From a virus, in the IMG/VR virus record IMGVR_UViG_3300003690_003155, positions 1 to 64,000 of that record: a stretch of 64,000 nt of DNA, one strand, 5' to 3'. The translations under genes and the position numbers were made by a program. The stretch's first letter is position 1, and the number at the start of each line of letters is the position of its first letter. The notes below the pieces were generated by a model. It ran no database searches, was not told the DNA's origin, and worked only from the letters and a program-made list of their open reading frames with translations. Positions 40,337 to 50,582 of this stretch are shown here, piece by piece.

Positions 40337-40981
40337 TTACAAATCTACGAAAAAAGAAAAATCTGCTTCAATGACTCTGAGTTTATTTAATTCCCCTAAA
40401 ATAGAATTAGTATGATTTGCTAAGGAATTTAAGATTTTAATATCAAATAATAAGAACAAACTGTATATTTCATCTAACTCCATATCTTTTATAGTATATT
40501 CTTCAGTATCTAATGTAATAGTATCTATAAATCTAAATGTATCAAAAAACATTATATCAGATTCAACTATTTCTTTTTTATTTAAAATATACTTGAGGAT
40601 AATATTTTCATCTGTTAATAGTGGAAGTTTAAATTTAAATGTTAAATCTGCGTCTTTTAATTTTGTTATTAAAGGTTCATTTACAACTGTATTGAAATCT
40701 AGGTTTATACTTTCATCGCTTACCTCGTTTTTCCAATGTTGAATTAAATATAATTTATCTCGATATGTAACGGTATCTATTTTACAAATACTGAGAATAT
40801 AATCATTTAAATACTGTAAATAAGATAAAGTAACTATATGATCATCTCGTATATTTCTAATTATAGCATATAGCTTATTTTGAAATTGAACATTTAGTTG
40901 TGGAGTAGAAATTGTGCCGCTATCCGGTAATTCTATATCCTTAGTACAAAGGTCTTTAAATTTATCGAGAAGGTTGCTCAT
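40337..40981 (-). CDS. putative baseplate hub assembly protein (gp26-like)
   Basis: synteny; IELPDSG...FKLP pattern. Confidence 0.35.
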   Translation of the reverse strand: MSNLLDKFKDLCTKDIELPDSGTISTPQLNVQFQNKLYAIIRNIRDDHIVTLSYLQYLNDYILSICKIDTVTYRDKLYLIQHWKNEVSDESINLDFNTVVNEPLITKLKDADLTFKFKLPLLTDENIILKYILNKKEIVESDIMFFDTFRFIDTITLDTEEYTIKDMELDEIYSLFLLFDIKILNSLANHTNSILGELNKLRVIEADFSFFVDL

Positions 40982-41642
40982 TTTTAAGTCTTTTTATTAA
41001 AAGTGTTATATATTGTCTAAATTGATCATATGTTATATAGTCAAAATCTTGATATGTAAAATTACCTCGTCGCATAAGAAATAGTTGCTCATCTAATAAA
41101 TTTTCATATGAATATATCGTACATAAGTACAATATGTAATTAATTATATCTAAGTTATATGAAAATCTACTATTAAATTCATCGTTTATATAATAGATAT
41201 AAGAGTTATTTAATTTTTCTTTATATTCATTTATATATGGAGAACATTTTTTAATTAATGGTAAGGGAACATCTTCATAATTGTCCTTAGTTATAAAAGC
41301 TATAGTTCCGTTTTTTTCAATTTTTTTAATAAACGAGGCGTTTGAGAAAAAGTCTATTGATGGATAGCCAATAGTTATAAAATAGTCATCTATAATATGA
41401 TTACTTTCTGAATAGGTAGGTAGATCTTTAAGAAAATTTTCTTTATAAATTAGTAGGTCACCTTTATTAGTGTTTAATTTTATTGCAGAATTTTTATTAA
41501 TAAATTTTTCAGCTTTTAATTTTGTTACAAATTCAATAATATTTTTACTACAGAGTCTCTTAGCAAAAAATTCAATTAATTCTTTATATTTTTTCTCACT
41601 ATGAAGGTTCGAAGCTTCAATTAAGTCATTATAACTTATCAT
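40962..41642 (-). CDS. putative baseplate hub assembly protein (gp26/gp51-like)
   Basis: C-terminal LFLMRRGNFTYQDFDYITYDQFRQYITLL resembles gp51. Confidence 0.45.
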   Translation of the reverse strand: MISYNDLIEASNLHSEKKYKELIEFFAKRLCSKNIIEFVTKLKAEKFINKNSAIKLNTNKGDLLIYKENFLKDLPTYSESNHIIDDYFITIGYPSIDFFSNASFIKKIEKNGTIAFITKDNYEDVPLPLIKKCSPYINEYKEKLNNSYIYYINDEFNSRFSYNLDIINYILYLCTIYSYENLLDEQLFLMRRGNFTYQDFDYITYDQFRQYITLLIKRLKNEQPSR

Positions 41643-42880
41643 GGTCCAGGAGGCTTAGTACCTCGAGTTTCACCAAACGACGGGTCGTTTGGATCTTCTA
41701 AGGGATTCTTCCGGGCTTCCTGATCCCGTAGGGCTTGTACATATGCTCGTTTCTGTTGTTTCGGGCTTTGATCTTTCAAAGGTGGTGTAACCGCCGGTCG
41801 AGTTGGTTTCTTCGGCTCCCATGCCTGGCCAGCTTTAAAGAAACTAGGGTTGTCACCTGGTCCCATAAATGCTCCTTCAGATTTACCAGTTCTTTCAACT
41901 AAATCACCAGTTTGAATGCCTATTTTTGACTTTTGTTCCGGAGTCATTACATCACCAGGTCCTATGAGCGTGGATTTACCGTTAACCTTGTATACACCTT
42001 TACTCTTAGCATCCGGTTTTTTTGCACTCGGACTTGGCGGAACTTCGGCAGTCCATATATCATCAGACCAATCTCCTTTTGTTTTATCTAAAGCTGGATT
42101 ATATTTTCCAGGCTCTGGTGCTGGTGCTGGTGCAGGCGGCGGAGGAGGAGCTGCTTCTATATGTGGAGTGAGTACCTCATAACGCGAAAATCTCCATTTA
42201 ACAGAAATAGAACCAGTATCCATTTCACCAGTATATTCGTTTACACCTGCATCATTTATTTGATAAGGTATACAATCTTTATACTTATAAATTTTACGTA
42301 CAACTGGACTGCTAGAACCTGGTGATCCAAATAACATAGACATAAAACTTGTTTTACGAGATGTAACCATTTGTTTTGATAAGAAAAATATATCTATATT
42401 TGCTGTAAGAACAGGCTTATCTATATTTCCATATACTCCATATAATTGAGCCCATGGTCTAAATATACCATCAATAACACTAACATTAGTTTCGTAAAAT
42501 TGAACATCAAGATCATTATCAGGATAATCATGACTCTCCATAAAAGGACCTGTAGGTAAAATACCATTAATAGTTTTTCCTCTATTTTGTACAGTATTGT
42601 GTTCAGTCGTTGTATCAACACCTGTAGCTAAGAACATATATCCTCCTCCCTTACCAAAAAACTTTTCATGAACTTTTCTATTTGTATCAATACCTGGTTT
42701 AGTATTAAATGGACGTAAACCTAATTTTTTAATTGCTTTATCATTTATAGATGCAGGGAGGTTATCAATAGACACTAAGAAGAAGTTTTGTGCAGCGGGA
42801 AATGTAGAAAAATCCTGTAATAGTTCAAAGAAAGTTTCTCTTAGATTTCTTGCATCTGATGGAGGTAATTTAACGTCCAT
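41639..42880 (-). CDS. tail-tube-like baseplate protein (gp54-like) with Pro-rich extension
   Basis: FYETN...FRPW...YKYKDCIPYQI...SVKWRFSRY. Confidence 0.55.
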   Translation of the reverse strand: MDVKLPPSDARNLRETFFELLQDFSTFPAAQNFFLVSIDNLPASINDKAIKKLGLRPFNTKPGIDTNRKVHEKFFGKGGGYMFLATGVDTTTEHNTVQNRGKTINGILPTGPFMESHDYPDNDLDVQFYETNVSVIDGIFRPWAQLYGVYGNIDKPVLTANIDIFFLSKQMVTSRKTSFMSMLFGSPGSSSPVVRKIYKYKDCIPYQINDAGVNEYTGEMDTGSISVKWRFSRYEVLTPHIEAAPPPPPAPAPAPEPGKYNPALDKTKGDWSDDIWTAEVPPSPSAKKPDAKSKGVYKVNGKSTLIGPGDVMTPEQKSKIGIQTGDLVERTGKSEGAFMGPGDNPSFFKAGQAWEPKKPTRPAVTPPLKDQSPKQQKRAYVQALRDQEARKNPLEDPNDPSFGETRGTKPPGP

Positions 42881-42897
42881 ACAAATATTTAAGGCTA

Positions 42898-43488
42898 TTA
42901 ACCTAATACTGCACCAGCTAATTTACCAATAGCGTTAACTGCAGTGTTAAGTTCATTATCTCTCCTGAAGAATTGATACGCTACAGTTATGGTAACAGTC
43001 GCGACTTCACCATCACCAGTAATGTTATAACCTATATCACCACAGTCTGTAGGGAACACACCGTATAGCTTATATGTACGTAATGGTTCAAATTGAGTAT
43101 CTAATTGAACTAAAGTAACTGTACTGTTATTATGAAGTACTCCATCACCAGAGGTTGTTTCATCGTTATAAGTTTCAGTTATCCAATTTTCCATTGCAAT
43201 ACGAGCTTGAGTTGTTGCATCACAATAAAAGTCAATAGTAAAGGCATCGCTTGAATTATATGACACAGTGCCAGGAATTCGGAAGTTAAATCCATTATAA
43301 GGAACATCTTTTGTTGCAATTGTTTTACCGGGTAATGTAGCTGCCGTGGCATACACTAAATCGTCTTCTGTAAATACAGGTGTACCTTTATTAGAAACGT
43401 CTAATACACGAAACTGAAAGTCACGCGCAAAGTCTCTCGTTTGCGCTACTTTGTAAAAATCTTGAATTGTTTGTTTGATATCAGCCAT
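42898..43488 (-). CDS. gp19: tail tube protein
   Basis: ATLPG...IPG...YKLYGVFPT...VAYQFF; directly downstream of the sheath gene. Confidence 0.85.
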   Translation of the reverse strand: MADIKQTIQDFYKVAQTRDFARDFQFRVLDVSNKGTPVFTEDDLVYATAATLPGKTIATKDVPYNGFNFRIPGTVSYNSSDAFTIDFYCDATTQARIAMENWITETYNDETTSGDGVLHNNSTVTLVQLDTQFEPLRTYKLYGVFPTDCGDIGYNITGDGEVATVTITVAYQFFRRDNELNTAVNAIGKLAGAVLG

Positions 43489-43519
43489 GATGTTATAATT
43501 ATTTAGTTTTTACTTTAAT

Positions 43520-46180
43520 TTATTGTCCAACTATCTCCTCAAAATTAACCTCTGTGTTAACAGCATAAAAGTTAACCAATATAAACTCTGCCGCGCGAAC
43601 AGGCTTCAAATAGATATCTACTCTCAACTCGTTTTGATCAATAACAGAAGGTGGGTTATTCCTTTCGTCACAAACAATAAGGTAATCATAAACACCTTCT
43701 GTTTGTTTGCAGTTCTCAAAAATCGGTGTTAATGTATTAACGACCTTAGTCCTTGTTAGGAACGTATTAGGTTCAAAGACAAAGAATTTCAAGGTCTGCC
43801 GGGTTCTTTTCTCTAAATCAAGAAACAGTCTACGAACATTAACTCTATCAAATGCCGTGGGTTTCCGTTGTAATGTCTTTTGACCAAATACAATAATACC
43901 TTCAGCGGGGAATTGTGTAACAGGATTAATAGCAATCCTATATAATTGATCTCTTTGACGTTGTGTCGGGCTAACCGCAATATCATTTACACCTGTGACA
44001 ACGCCGCGATTGAAACCAGCCGGTGCATACCATGGTGCAAAGTTTGAATCATTATTAGCATAAATTTTAGCTGCAACACCAGAGAACGGAATCCAGATTT
44101 GCTTACCACTTGTACCGTCCCAGACTTTTGCCCAGTTACCGTAAGTTGTAGCGAAGTTACTATTAGCAATACCAAATTGATGTCTTAATGGCCAGTATAC
44201 ATGCTTACTAAAGTTTTTAGTTTTATCATCAAGAACTTTACCAGCTTCACCTTGTACAACTAATGGCCTAAGCGCATCAGCAATAAAGATATGATCTTTT
44301 CTCGTCTGTCGAGCAAATGTCTCAAATCTATTAAAGATAGTTCTATAATTATCTCTTTGAGTTATGTAGGTTGATCCTATCATATTTTGATCTGGTGTAA
44401 AGAACCCTGTACTTGTTCCACCAACATCTTGAAAATCAGTATCAATAAAGGACTCGCTATTATTTGCCGCAAATGCATGTATTGTACCTAACCCAGCTTC
44501 AATAGAAACATCAATAGTAAATACATCAACATTCTGAGCAATTTCAAATATTCTATCTAATTTATCAGGAATACTGCCAACAAATTTAGTTGTATTATTA
44601 GTTGTATGATATACACCTAATGGAAATAATCCTTGTATTACTTCATAGTTTGGCGAATCGGTGCCATCTAAAGGCCCGCCAGAACCAACTACACTGTTTA
44701 AAATTGCAGCGTTACTATTACTAGCATGAGCAACTCTAACTGTCTTTGTAGGAACGTCTCCAACTGTTGAAGTCCAATCTCCACTGTATTCACTAATATT
44801 TGGATTTATTAAAATTTTTATATTTGGCGACGCATTATCTTGATCTTCAAGGAAAAATGATCTTTGTTGACCTCCGTTCTCGTTTTGGACTTTTCGTCTA
44901 GAGTTAAGAGATCCAGTATATCCTTCTGCTAAGAAATTAGTTAATTCTAATTCAGAATTAGCAAACGGTGTATTTCGAATTTTGAAAACACCTAAACTTA
45001 TGGTGTCGAGAAATTCTGGACCGTCAATATCAAATTTAGAAAATGTTTCTAAAGTTTTACTTGTACTACTCTTTTCTTCTGTGGCCAGGCTAGTTAAATT
45101 AAATCCTATTCTAGATCCTGGGACTGTTGCATATCCTGTTCCGGAAATTTCAGTTGCTGTACTAGTAGTAGTATATACTGCATTTACTGTATCAAAGTTA
45201 GTTGCAGGATTACTATTAGAACCATCAGCTGTTCCAACATAATAACCTTCGAAATTATTATTAGTTATTGTAGCTCCTTTATTTAGTACAATAATACCTG
45301 CTCCAGCCGTGCTTGTAAAATCACCAGTAAATGGAGCACCTTCAGGTGAACCTCCGATGTTTCCGTCATTACTCCAAGTTATGTTACCTTTGCTTGCCGA
45401 ATTAAATTGAGCTTCAGTTAACTCAACAAGAGTAGGAGATCCGATAACATAATAATCTGCAGCACTTAAAGAGCTGTTTGAATCATCAAGAGCGCCAACG
45501 TCATTACTTTGTACTTGACCGGTAACAAGAGTTTTACCTATTATACTAGCAGCAAAATTAGCATCTGAATAAGAACTGACTCCAGTGGTTGTTAAATCTT
45601 TACCCATTGCACCGGTGTTGGCCGCTGATAATCGAAATACTGCCGTTGAATCTGGTGAGGAGGCGAGCATGCCACTAAGACCGGTCATCGAAGTATTAAC
45701 AAAAGATAAAGTGTCATTAGAATCCTTCATCACTAATTCAATATTAATAGTATCAGTTGAAAGGGTGTCTGTGACTGTTATTTCCGTGCCCGCAGTAGTA
45801 GAGAGATCGATCCAGCTGCCATTGGTAGTATCAACGGCTGTTATAGTTGCTGTTGTTGGAGATGCGACAGGATAAACTAGAGCAGAATATTTTCGATCGC
45901 CGGTCGAGGAACCATAAGGTAACCGAGAGACAAAAACATTTGCGTCGCTATTAAAGACTTGTCGCGTAGAATGATAAAAATATCTCTCAGCTGCGTTTGT
46001 AGGTTTGCCGTAAATTTCTTCAAATTCCGCGAATGTGCCTACATTAAAAACCTCGTCTGTAGGTCCTTGATTGGAAAATCCAGCGACAAATACACCAGTA
46101 CCTACTGGCGCTGCAGGCCGTTGCGTCAAATCAATTTCTCTTATTTCTACTCCAGGTGATTGGATTGTTCTTCTACTCAT
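43520..46180 (-). CDS. gp18: tail sheath protein
   Basis: SPGVEIREIDL; PWYAPAGFNRG; GQKTL...DRVNVRRL; FEPN; KPVRAAEFI. Confidence 0.95.
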   Translation of the reverse strand: MSRRTIQSPGVEIREIDLTQRPAAPVGTGVFVAGFSNQGPTDEVFNVGTFAEFEEIYGKPTNAAERYFYHSTRQVFNSDANVFVSRLPYGSSTGDRKYSALVYPVASPTTATITAVDTTNGSWIDLSTTAGTEITVTDTLSTDTINIELVMKDSNDTLSFVNTSMTGLSGMLASSPDSTAVFRLSAANTGAMGKDLTTTGVSSYSDANFAASIIGKTLVTGQVQSNDVGALDDSNSSLSAADYYVIGSPTLVELTEAQFNSASKGNITWSNDGNIGGSPEGAPFTGDFTSTAGAGIIVLNKGATITNNNFEGYYVGTADGSNSNPATNFDTVNAVYTTTSTATEISGTGYATVPGSRIGFNLTSLATEEKSSTSKTLETFSKFDIDGPEFLDTISLGVFKIRNTPFANSELELTNFLAEGYTGSLNSRRKVQNENGGQQRSFFLEDQDNASPNIKILINPNISEYSGDWTSTVGDVPTKTVRVAHASNSNAAILNSVVGSGGPLDGTDSPNYEVIQGLFPLGVYHTTNNTTKFVGSIPDKLDRIFEIAQNVDVFTIDVSIEAGLGTIHAFAANNSESFIDTDFQDVGGTSTGFFTPDQNMIGSTYITQRDNYRTIFNRFETFARQTRKDHIFIADALRPLVVQGEAGKVLDDKTKNFSKHVYWPLRHQFGIANSNFATTYGNWAKVWDGTSGKQIWIPFSGVAAKIYANNDSNFAPWYAPAGFNRGVVTGVNDIAVSPTQRQRDQLYRIAINPVTQFPAEGIIVFGQKTLQRKPTAFDRVNVRRLFLDLEKRTRQTLKFFVFEPNTFLTRTKVVNTLTPIFENCKQTEGVYDYLIVCDERNNPPSVIDQNELRVDIYLKPVRAAEFILVNFYAVNTEVNFEEIVGQ

Positions 46181-46261
46181 AGTAAACCTTTACAAATATT
46201 TATTGTTTTCCGCTGACATATTTTAGTTGATTTGGCGAAATAAGCATTATAATATAAATAT

Positions 46262-47140
46262 ATGAAGGGCATCATCTTAGCTGGAGGTACTGGATCAAGA
46301 GTTTATCCTAGTACAAAAACAGTTTCAAAGCAACTTTTGCCTATTTATGACAAGCCTACAATTTATTATCCCCTATCGACTTTAATAAAATTAGGTATTA
46401 AAGATATAATGATTATAACAAATGCTCAAGCATATCCTCATTTGTTACATTTGTTTAATCAAGCAGATAAGACAGTCGATCCATGGACGAATCGTCGACC
46501 GTATTTAGGGATTAATTTTACTTTTAAAGTACAACTGTATCCAGCTGGTATAGCTGAGGCGTTAATTATTGCTGAACAATGGCAAGGAAGTGAGGATGTT
46601 TGTTTGATTTTAGGTGATAATATTTTTACGGGTATTACATTACCGGAATTCAGAGGGGCAAGTATTGTTGGTTATAAGGTAAAGAACCCGTCATTATATG
46701 GTGTTGTTGCTTTTAGCGATGATAAAGAAATTCTTTCTTTAGAAGAAAAACCAGAATGTCCAAAAAGTAATTATGCAATAACAGGTATTTATTTTTATGA
46801 TTTAACTGCGGGGGAAAGAGCCCGGCAATTAAAACCTTCTGATCGTGGAGAATTAGAAATAACTGATTTAAATAAAAATTATTTAAATGATAGCTTATTG
46901 CAATTAAATTTATTAGATAGTAATGATGCATGGTTTGATACCGGGGATCCTGATGAAATGTTTGCGGCATCGATGTATGTAAAATCTATACAAGATAGAA
47001 CTAATACAATGATTGGTTGTATTGAAGGTGAATCATGGAAGCAGGGAAATATTACCGAACAGCAATTTAAAAAGATTGTTGAAAAAATGCCTAGTTGTTC
47101 TTATAAGACTAATGCTGCTATGAGCTATTTTTGGGGATAA
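46262..47140 (+). CDS. rmlA: glucose-1-phosphate thymidylyltransferase
   Basis: GIILAGGTGSR, SKQLLPIYDKP, LGDNIF, SDRGELEITD, WFDTG. Confidence 0.92.
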   Translation: MKGIILAGGTGSRVYPSTKTVSKQLLPIYDKPTIYYPLSTLIKLGIKDIMIITNAQAYPHLLHLFNQADKTVDPWTNRRPYLGINFTFKVQLYPAGIAEALIIAEQWQGSEDVCLILGDNIFTGITLPEFRGASIVGYKVKNPSLYGVVAFSDDKEILSLEEKPECPKSNYAITGIYFYDLTAGERARQLKPSDRGELEITDLNKNYLNDSLLQLNLLDSNDAWFDTGDPDEMFAASMYVKSIQDRTNTMIGCIEGESWKQGNITEQQFKKIVEKMPSCSYKTNAAMSYFWG

Positions 47141-47149
47141 ATATTAATA

Positions 47150-47488
47150 ATGAAAATCGTTACATATATGAAACCATCATGTGGCTGGAGTAATGGAGTT
47201 CGATCTATAATGCGCAAGTACGATTTGCCATTTGAAGATCGCGACATTATAAATGACTCTGAATACCGTCAGGAAATGATTCAGAAAACTGGTCAAATGT
47301 TGCAACCTTGTGTTGAGGTAGACGGTAAAATGTTGGTGGATGTTAGCGGTGAGGAGGTTGAAGCTTATTTATTAGCTAACGATTTTGTAACTGCTAGCAG
47401 TGGTGAGGCTGATGCCCCTACAAATAAAGCGTGTGCAAAGCATGAACCGGATGAAGCATCGATTGATTTTGGCCAGCCTCGAATGTAG
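47150..47488 (+). CDS. monothiol glutaredoxin-family protein
   Basis: CGWS active site, QPCV cis-Pro motif, DG. Confidence 0.8.
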   Translation: MKIVTYMKPSCGWSNGVRSIMRKYDLPFEDRDIINDSEYRQEMIQKTGQMLQPCVEVDGKMLVDVSGEEVEAYLLANDFVTASSGEADAPTNKACAKHEPDEASIDFGQPRM

Positions 47489-47494
47489 TTAATT

Positions 47495-48064
47495 ATGGCT
47501 GGTGATCTTTTTAATCTTTCACGAGACGTGGAAGCTTCTATTATTCCAGCAGGTGATAAAGTCACTTTAGCAGAAGGAGTTCCTGCTTATATGACTCAAT
47601 CATTAGGAGGGTCATATACTGTTGTAGTTAATGGCAATATGTATCGCGTTGAGGGTAAAGACGCAGATGCATTGGGTGTTGAACCAGAAGCGACGCCAGC
47701 TGATGGAGCGGCTCGAGCCACAACTGAAGGAGAATTAGATGATCAGATTTGGGAGCAATTAAAAACGGTTTATGATCCAGAAATTCCAGTAAACTTAGCT
47801 GATTTAGGGTTGATTTATAGCCGCAAAGCTTCTCCTCTTTATGATGAAGTAACGTTTAAGCCTACTGGGGCGTGGCGAGTTGATATAAAAATGACTTTAA
47901 CGGCACCTGGTTGTGGTATGGGACCAATGCTTCAAGATGATGTTAAAAATAAAGTATTATGTATTAAGGGTGTCGATGAGGTAGATGTTCAATTAGTTTG
48001 GGACCCACCTTGGGGTAATGACATGATGTCAGATGAGGCTAAATTAGAGCTTGGAATGTTATGA
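47495..48064 (+). CDS. sufT: Fe-S cluster assembly protein SufT (DUF59)
   Basis: TQSLGGSYTV N-domain; VYDPEIPVNLADLGLIY; MTLTAPGCGMG; VWDPPW. Confidence 0.9.
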   Translation: MAGDLFNLSRDVEASIIPAGDKVTLAEGVPAYMTQSLGGSYTVVVNGNMYRVEGKDADALGVEPEATPADGAARATTEGELDDQIWEQLKTVYDPEIPVNLADLGLIYSRKASPLYDEVTFKPTGAWRVDIKMTLTAPGCGMGPMLQDDVKNKVLCIKGVDEVDVQLVWDPPWGNDMMSDEAKLELGML

Positions 48065-48066
48065 TC

Positions 48067-48282
48067 TTAAATTTGAGTTCCGACTGTTCCTTTAATATTA
48101 TAATATTGTAAGTATTTTCTTACTTCATTAATATCTACAAAATATTCCGGTAACAATTCTCCGTCTTTACGTACCTCTGAACTTGATACAATAAACTGTC
48201 CAGTGCTTTCTATAATAACTGTTTTATTTTTAGTATTATATATAAAGTCAGGGTATGATTCCATTAGTGTCTTCATATCCAT
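48067..48282 (-). CDS. hypothetical protein
   Basis: ORF. Confidence 0.55.
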   Translation of the reverse strand: MDMKTLMESYPDFIYNTKNKTVIIESTGQFIVSSSEVRKDGELLPEYFVDINEVRKYLQYYNIKGTVGTQI

Positions 48283-48284
48283 AA

Positions 48285-48854
48285 TTAAATTAATTTTGCT
48301 TCTATTTTTGTAAACTCAAAAGTTGCAGAAGAAACAATTTCAGCTTCGTTAGTATAGTCCCAATTTATTTCAGCGAGTCTAGTTGGAAATGCCCCGATAT
48401 AATCCCATTGTATTTTTCTATTTTCATATTCATCTAAACCGTATACTGTTAAGTTAGATGCATAAATTGGTAGTTGCTGGTTAGGTTTGGTGTATTTTAT
48501 AATCTTGTCTTCGTTAAAGTGCCCGGTCTTTACATCATTAATAATATCAAGCCATTTATATATTGCCCAATAATTTTTAAACTCATTATCTACTTTAAAA
48601 TCTATATTTAAAGGATCATATGACGGTCGCGCATGTGAGCTTACTTTTATAGTTTGTGCACCATATGGAAGAGTTTTTTCAGGTACACTTATGACTGGAG
48701 TCACAGCACCAGCAATACTTATCTCTAAACTATTTGCGTCAATTTTATTTGTATTTCTAGTTATATTATCTACAATTTCTTTTATACCTTCAGGTAGATT
48801 TAAAACTAATATAAATTTATCTTGTCTATTTTTATTGAGTGGGGCTTGATTCAT
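48285..48854 (-). CDS. tail completion / sheath stabiliser (gp3-like)
   Basis: YDPLNIDFKVDNEFKNYWAIYKWL...AFPTRL...ATFEF. Confidence 0.7.
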   Translation of the reverse strand: MNQAPLNKNRQDKFILVLNLPEGIKEIVDNITRNTNKIDANSLEISIAGAVTPVISVPEKTLPYGAQTIKVSSHARPSYDPLNIDFKVDNEFKNYWAIYKWLDIINDVKTGHFNEDKIIKYTKPNQQLPIYASNLTVYGLDEYENRKIQWDYIGAFPTRLAEINWDYTNEAEIVSSATFEFTKIEAKLI

Positions 48855-50569
48855 ACTCTAACATATCCTCTTTCTTCTAAGTCTGCCATATCTGTATTAT
48901 AATTAGGTCCTTGATCCTGTTCTAAAATATTTATGTTCTTAAAGTAAACTGGAGGAGGTTTCCATGTATCATCAATATTTTGCATTTTATAATCTTGTAG
49001 AAAATTGCTAAACTTTTGATCAATGTATGGTCCTAGTTCTATTTTTGCAGGACGTTGATTGTCATCAATTTCTATAACATTATAATATTTTTGTATAACA
49101 CTATTTTCTAAAATTAATAACGCCCAGACCATAGCCATTACTCGGTCGTCGAAATCAAATCCAGGTTGCGCTGCCCAAGACCCATTAGGGTATCGTACGA
49201 AATTTTTAAGTTCTATTACTGCTGGTTTTGATCTTATGTCAACACATTTGAGCTCATTAATCCAATATCTCATATTAGTTATACCTTTATATTTGGTATT
49301 AGTATGAGCATAAACTCCTAGTCTGTCGAATTTAACTTGCCCTACTTTAGGAGACCAATTAACTATACTTCTATAATTATATTGATGATATAGGTTATCT
49401 ACGACTTGGCTGCCACAATTATTTCTCTCTATTAATACTGGGGGCGTACCCCAATGGTAACATATATCACGAACTTTAGTAGTAAACTCAAACGGGTTAA
49501 TTTCATTACTTACATATTCTGCAACTTGTTTTATATCCTGTAAATCAGTTATATCTAAAACTTGTATAACGCTATAATTTTGTCCGATGCCTTCTGCTAC
49601 GTCGACACCTATAGTATATAAATGATCTTTATCTGGTTCATCCCATACACAGTAACATCCATCATCAAACATATATGTAGGTTCTTTTGTCCTAGCGGTA
49701 AGCTGCTCGTAAAAGAGTTCATCGATAAAGGAGTCACCAGTATCAAGAAACTTACAATCAAACTCTTGCGCAAAGGCTTCTTCACTGCCTATAGATTTTA
49801 TAGTATCTTTTTTCCATTGTTCATCTCTACCAGGAACTTCATGCCATAATATTTTTTCTGAATGCCAATTATTTGTTCCTTTTTCTGCTTCTGTATATAA
49901 TGTAAAAAATAAATTACCGCTTCCGTTAGGAGTAGATGCTACGAATATTTTAGATTTTGTTGATGAAGAAATAATAGGATATACTGAGCTCCAAAACTGC
50001 TCAACGAGATTATTTGGAATAAACGCTAACTCATCTAGAATTAATACGTTAACAGATTCTCCTCGACCAGCATCTGAGCTCGTTGTACTAATACCAATAC
50101 TGCTACCGTTTGCTAATTTCATAGAAGTCTTACCATACTCTACAACTCCTGGTTTTAGATAATTTGGTAAATTTTCGTATGCGAGCCTAACTCTTCCAAA
50201 AATACTAATAGCTGTTTGTTCTTTATTAGCGACAATTAATATGCGTTGATCGTCTTGAAAGCAAGCAATCCATAAGGCATAAATTGTCATCATAGTAGTT
50301 TTCCCAGTTTGTCTGCTAGCTAAACAAGCTACAAATCTATGATCTCTTAAACTACGTAATATTCTTCTCTGAAAAGGATATAACTGTATTTTCATCTTAC
50401 CTTGATCGAGATTTACAATGTGAAAAAACCCTTCTGCAAAGTGAATAATATTCTGTCTTGCCTTTTTGAGTGACTTGACCATCTCTGGAGTCCATTCAAA
50501 CTCCATATCAGGGTTAGGTAAGTTTATGTTACCTAAATAAAATTTATCGTCTTTTTTTAGCCTCGGCAC
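48851..50569 (-). CDS. gp17: terminase large subunit
   Basis: LYPFQ, SRQTGKTT, LDELAF, STPNG, QEFDC, GVDVAEG, DDRVMA; GTG start. Confidence 0.95.
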   Translation of the reverse strand: MPRLKKDDKFYLGNINLPNPDMEFEWTPEMVKSLKKARQNIIHFAEGFFHIVNLDQGKMKIQLYPFQRRILRSLRDHRFVACLASRQTGKTTMMTIYALWIACFQDDQRILIVANKEQTAISIFGRVRLAYENLPNYLKPGVVEYGKTSMKLANGSSIGISTTSSDAGRGESVNVLILDELAFIPNNLVEQFWSSVYPIISSSTKSKIFVASTPNGSGNLFFTLYTEAEKGTNNWHSEKILWHEVPGRDEQWKKDTIKSIGSEEAFAQEFDCKFLDTGDSFIDELFYEQLTARTKEPTYMFDDGCYCVWDEPDKDHLYTIGVDVAEGIGQNYSVIQVLDITDLQDIKQVAEYVSNEINPFEFTTKVRDICYHWGTPPVLIERNNCGSQVVDNLYHQYNYRSIVNWSPKVGQVKFDRLGVYAHTNTKYKGITNMRYWINELKCVDIRSKPAVIELKNFVRYPNGSWAAQPGFDFDDRVMAMVWALLILENSVIQKYYNVIEIDDNQRPAKIELGPYIDQKFSNFLQDYKMQNIDDTWKPPPVYFKNINILEQDQGPNYNTDMADLEERGYVRV

Positions 50570-50571
50570 TA

Positions 50572-50581
50572 TAAATATTTA
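50572..50581. promoter_or_regulatory. palindromic bidirectional late-promoter motif TAAATATTTA
   Basis: TAAATA on both strands, 5-6 nt from the divergent starts at 50569 and 50583. Confidence 0.6.
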
Positions 50582-50582
50582 C

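Noticed and set aside
46227-46253. sigma70 promoter for rmlA (TTGATT...TATAAT)
   Set aside because: The spacer is only 15 nt and a TATAAATA motif overlaps it, so the promoter class is ambiguous.
48851-50569. Intein or intron in the terminase (also checked for primase)
   Set aside because: Lengths and motif spacing are normal, and no splicing motifs were seen.
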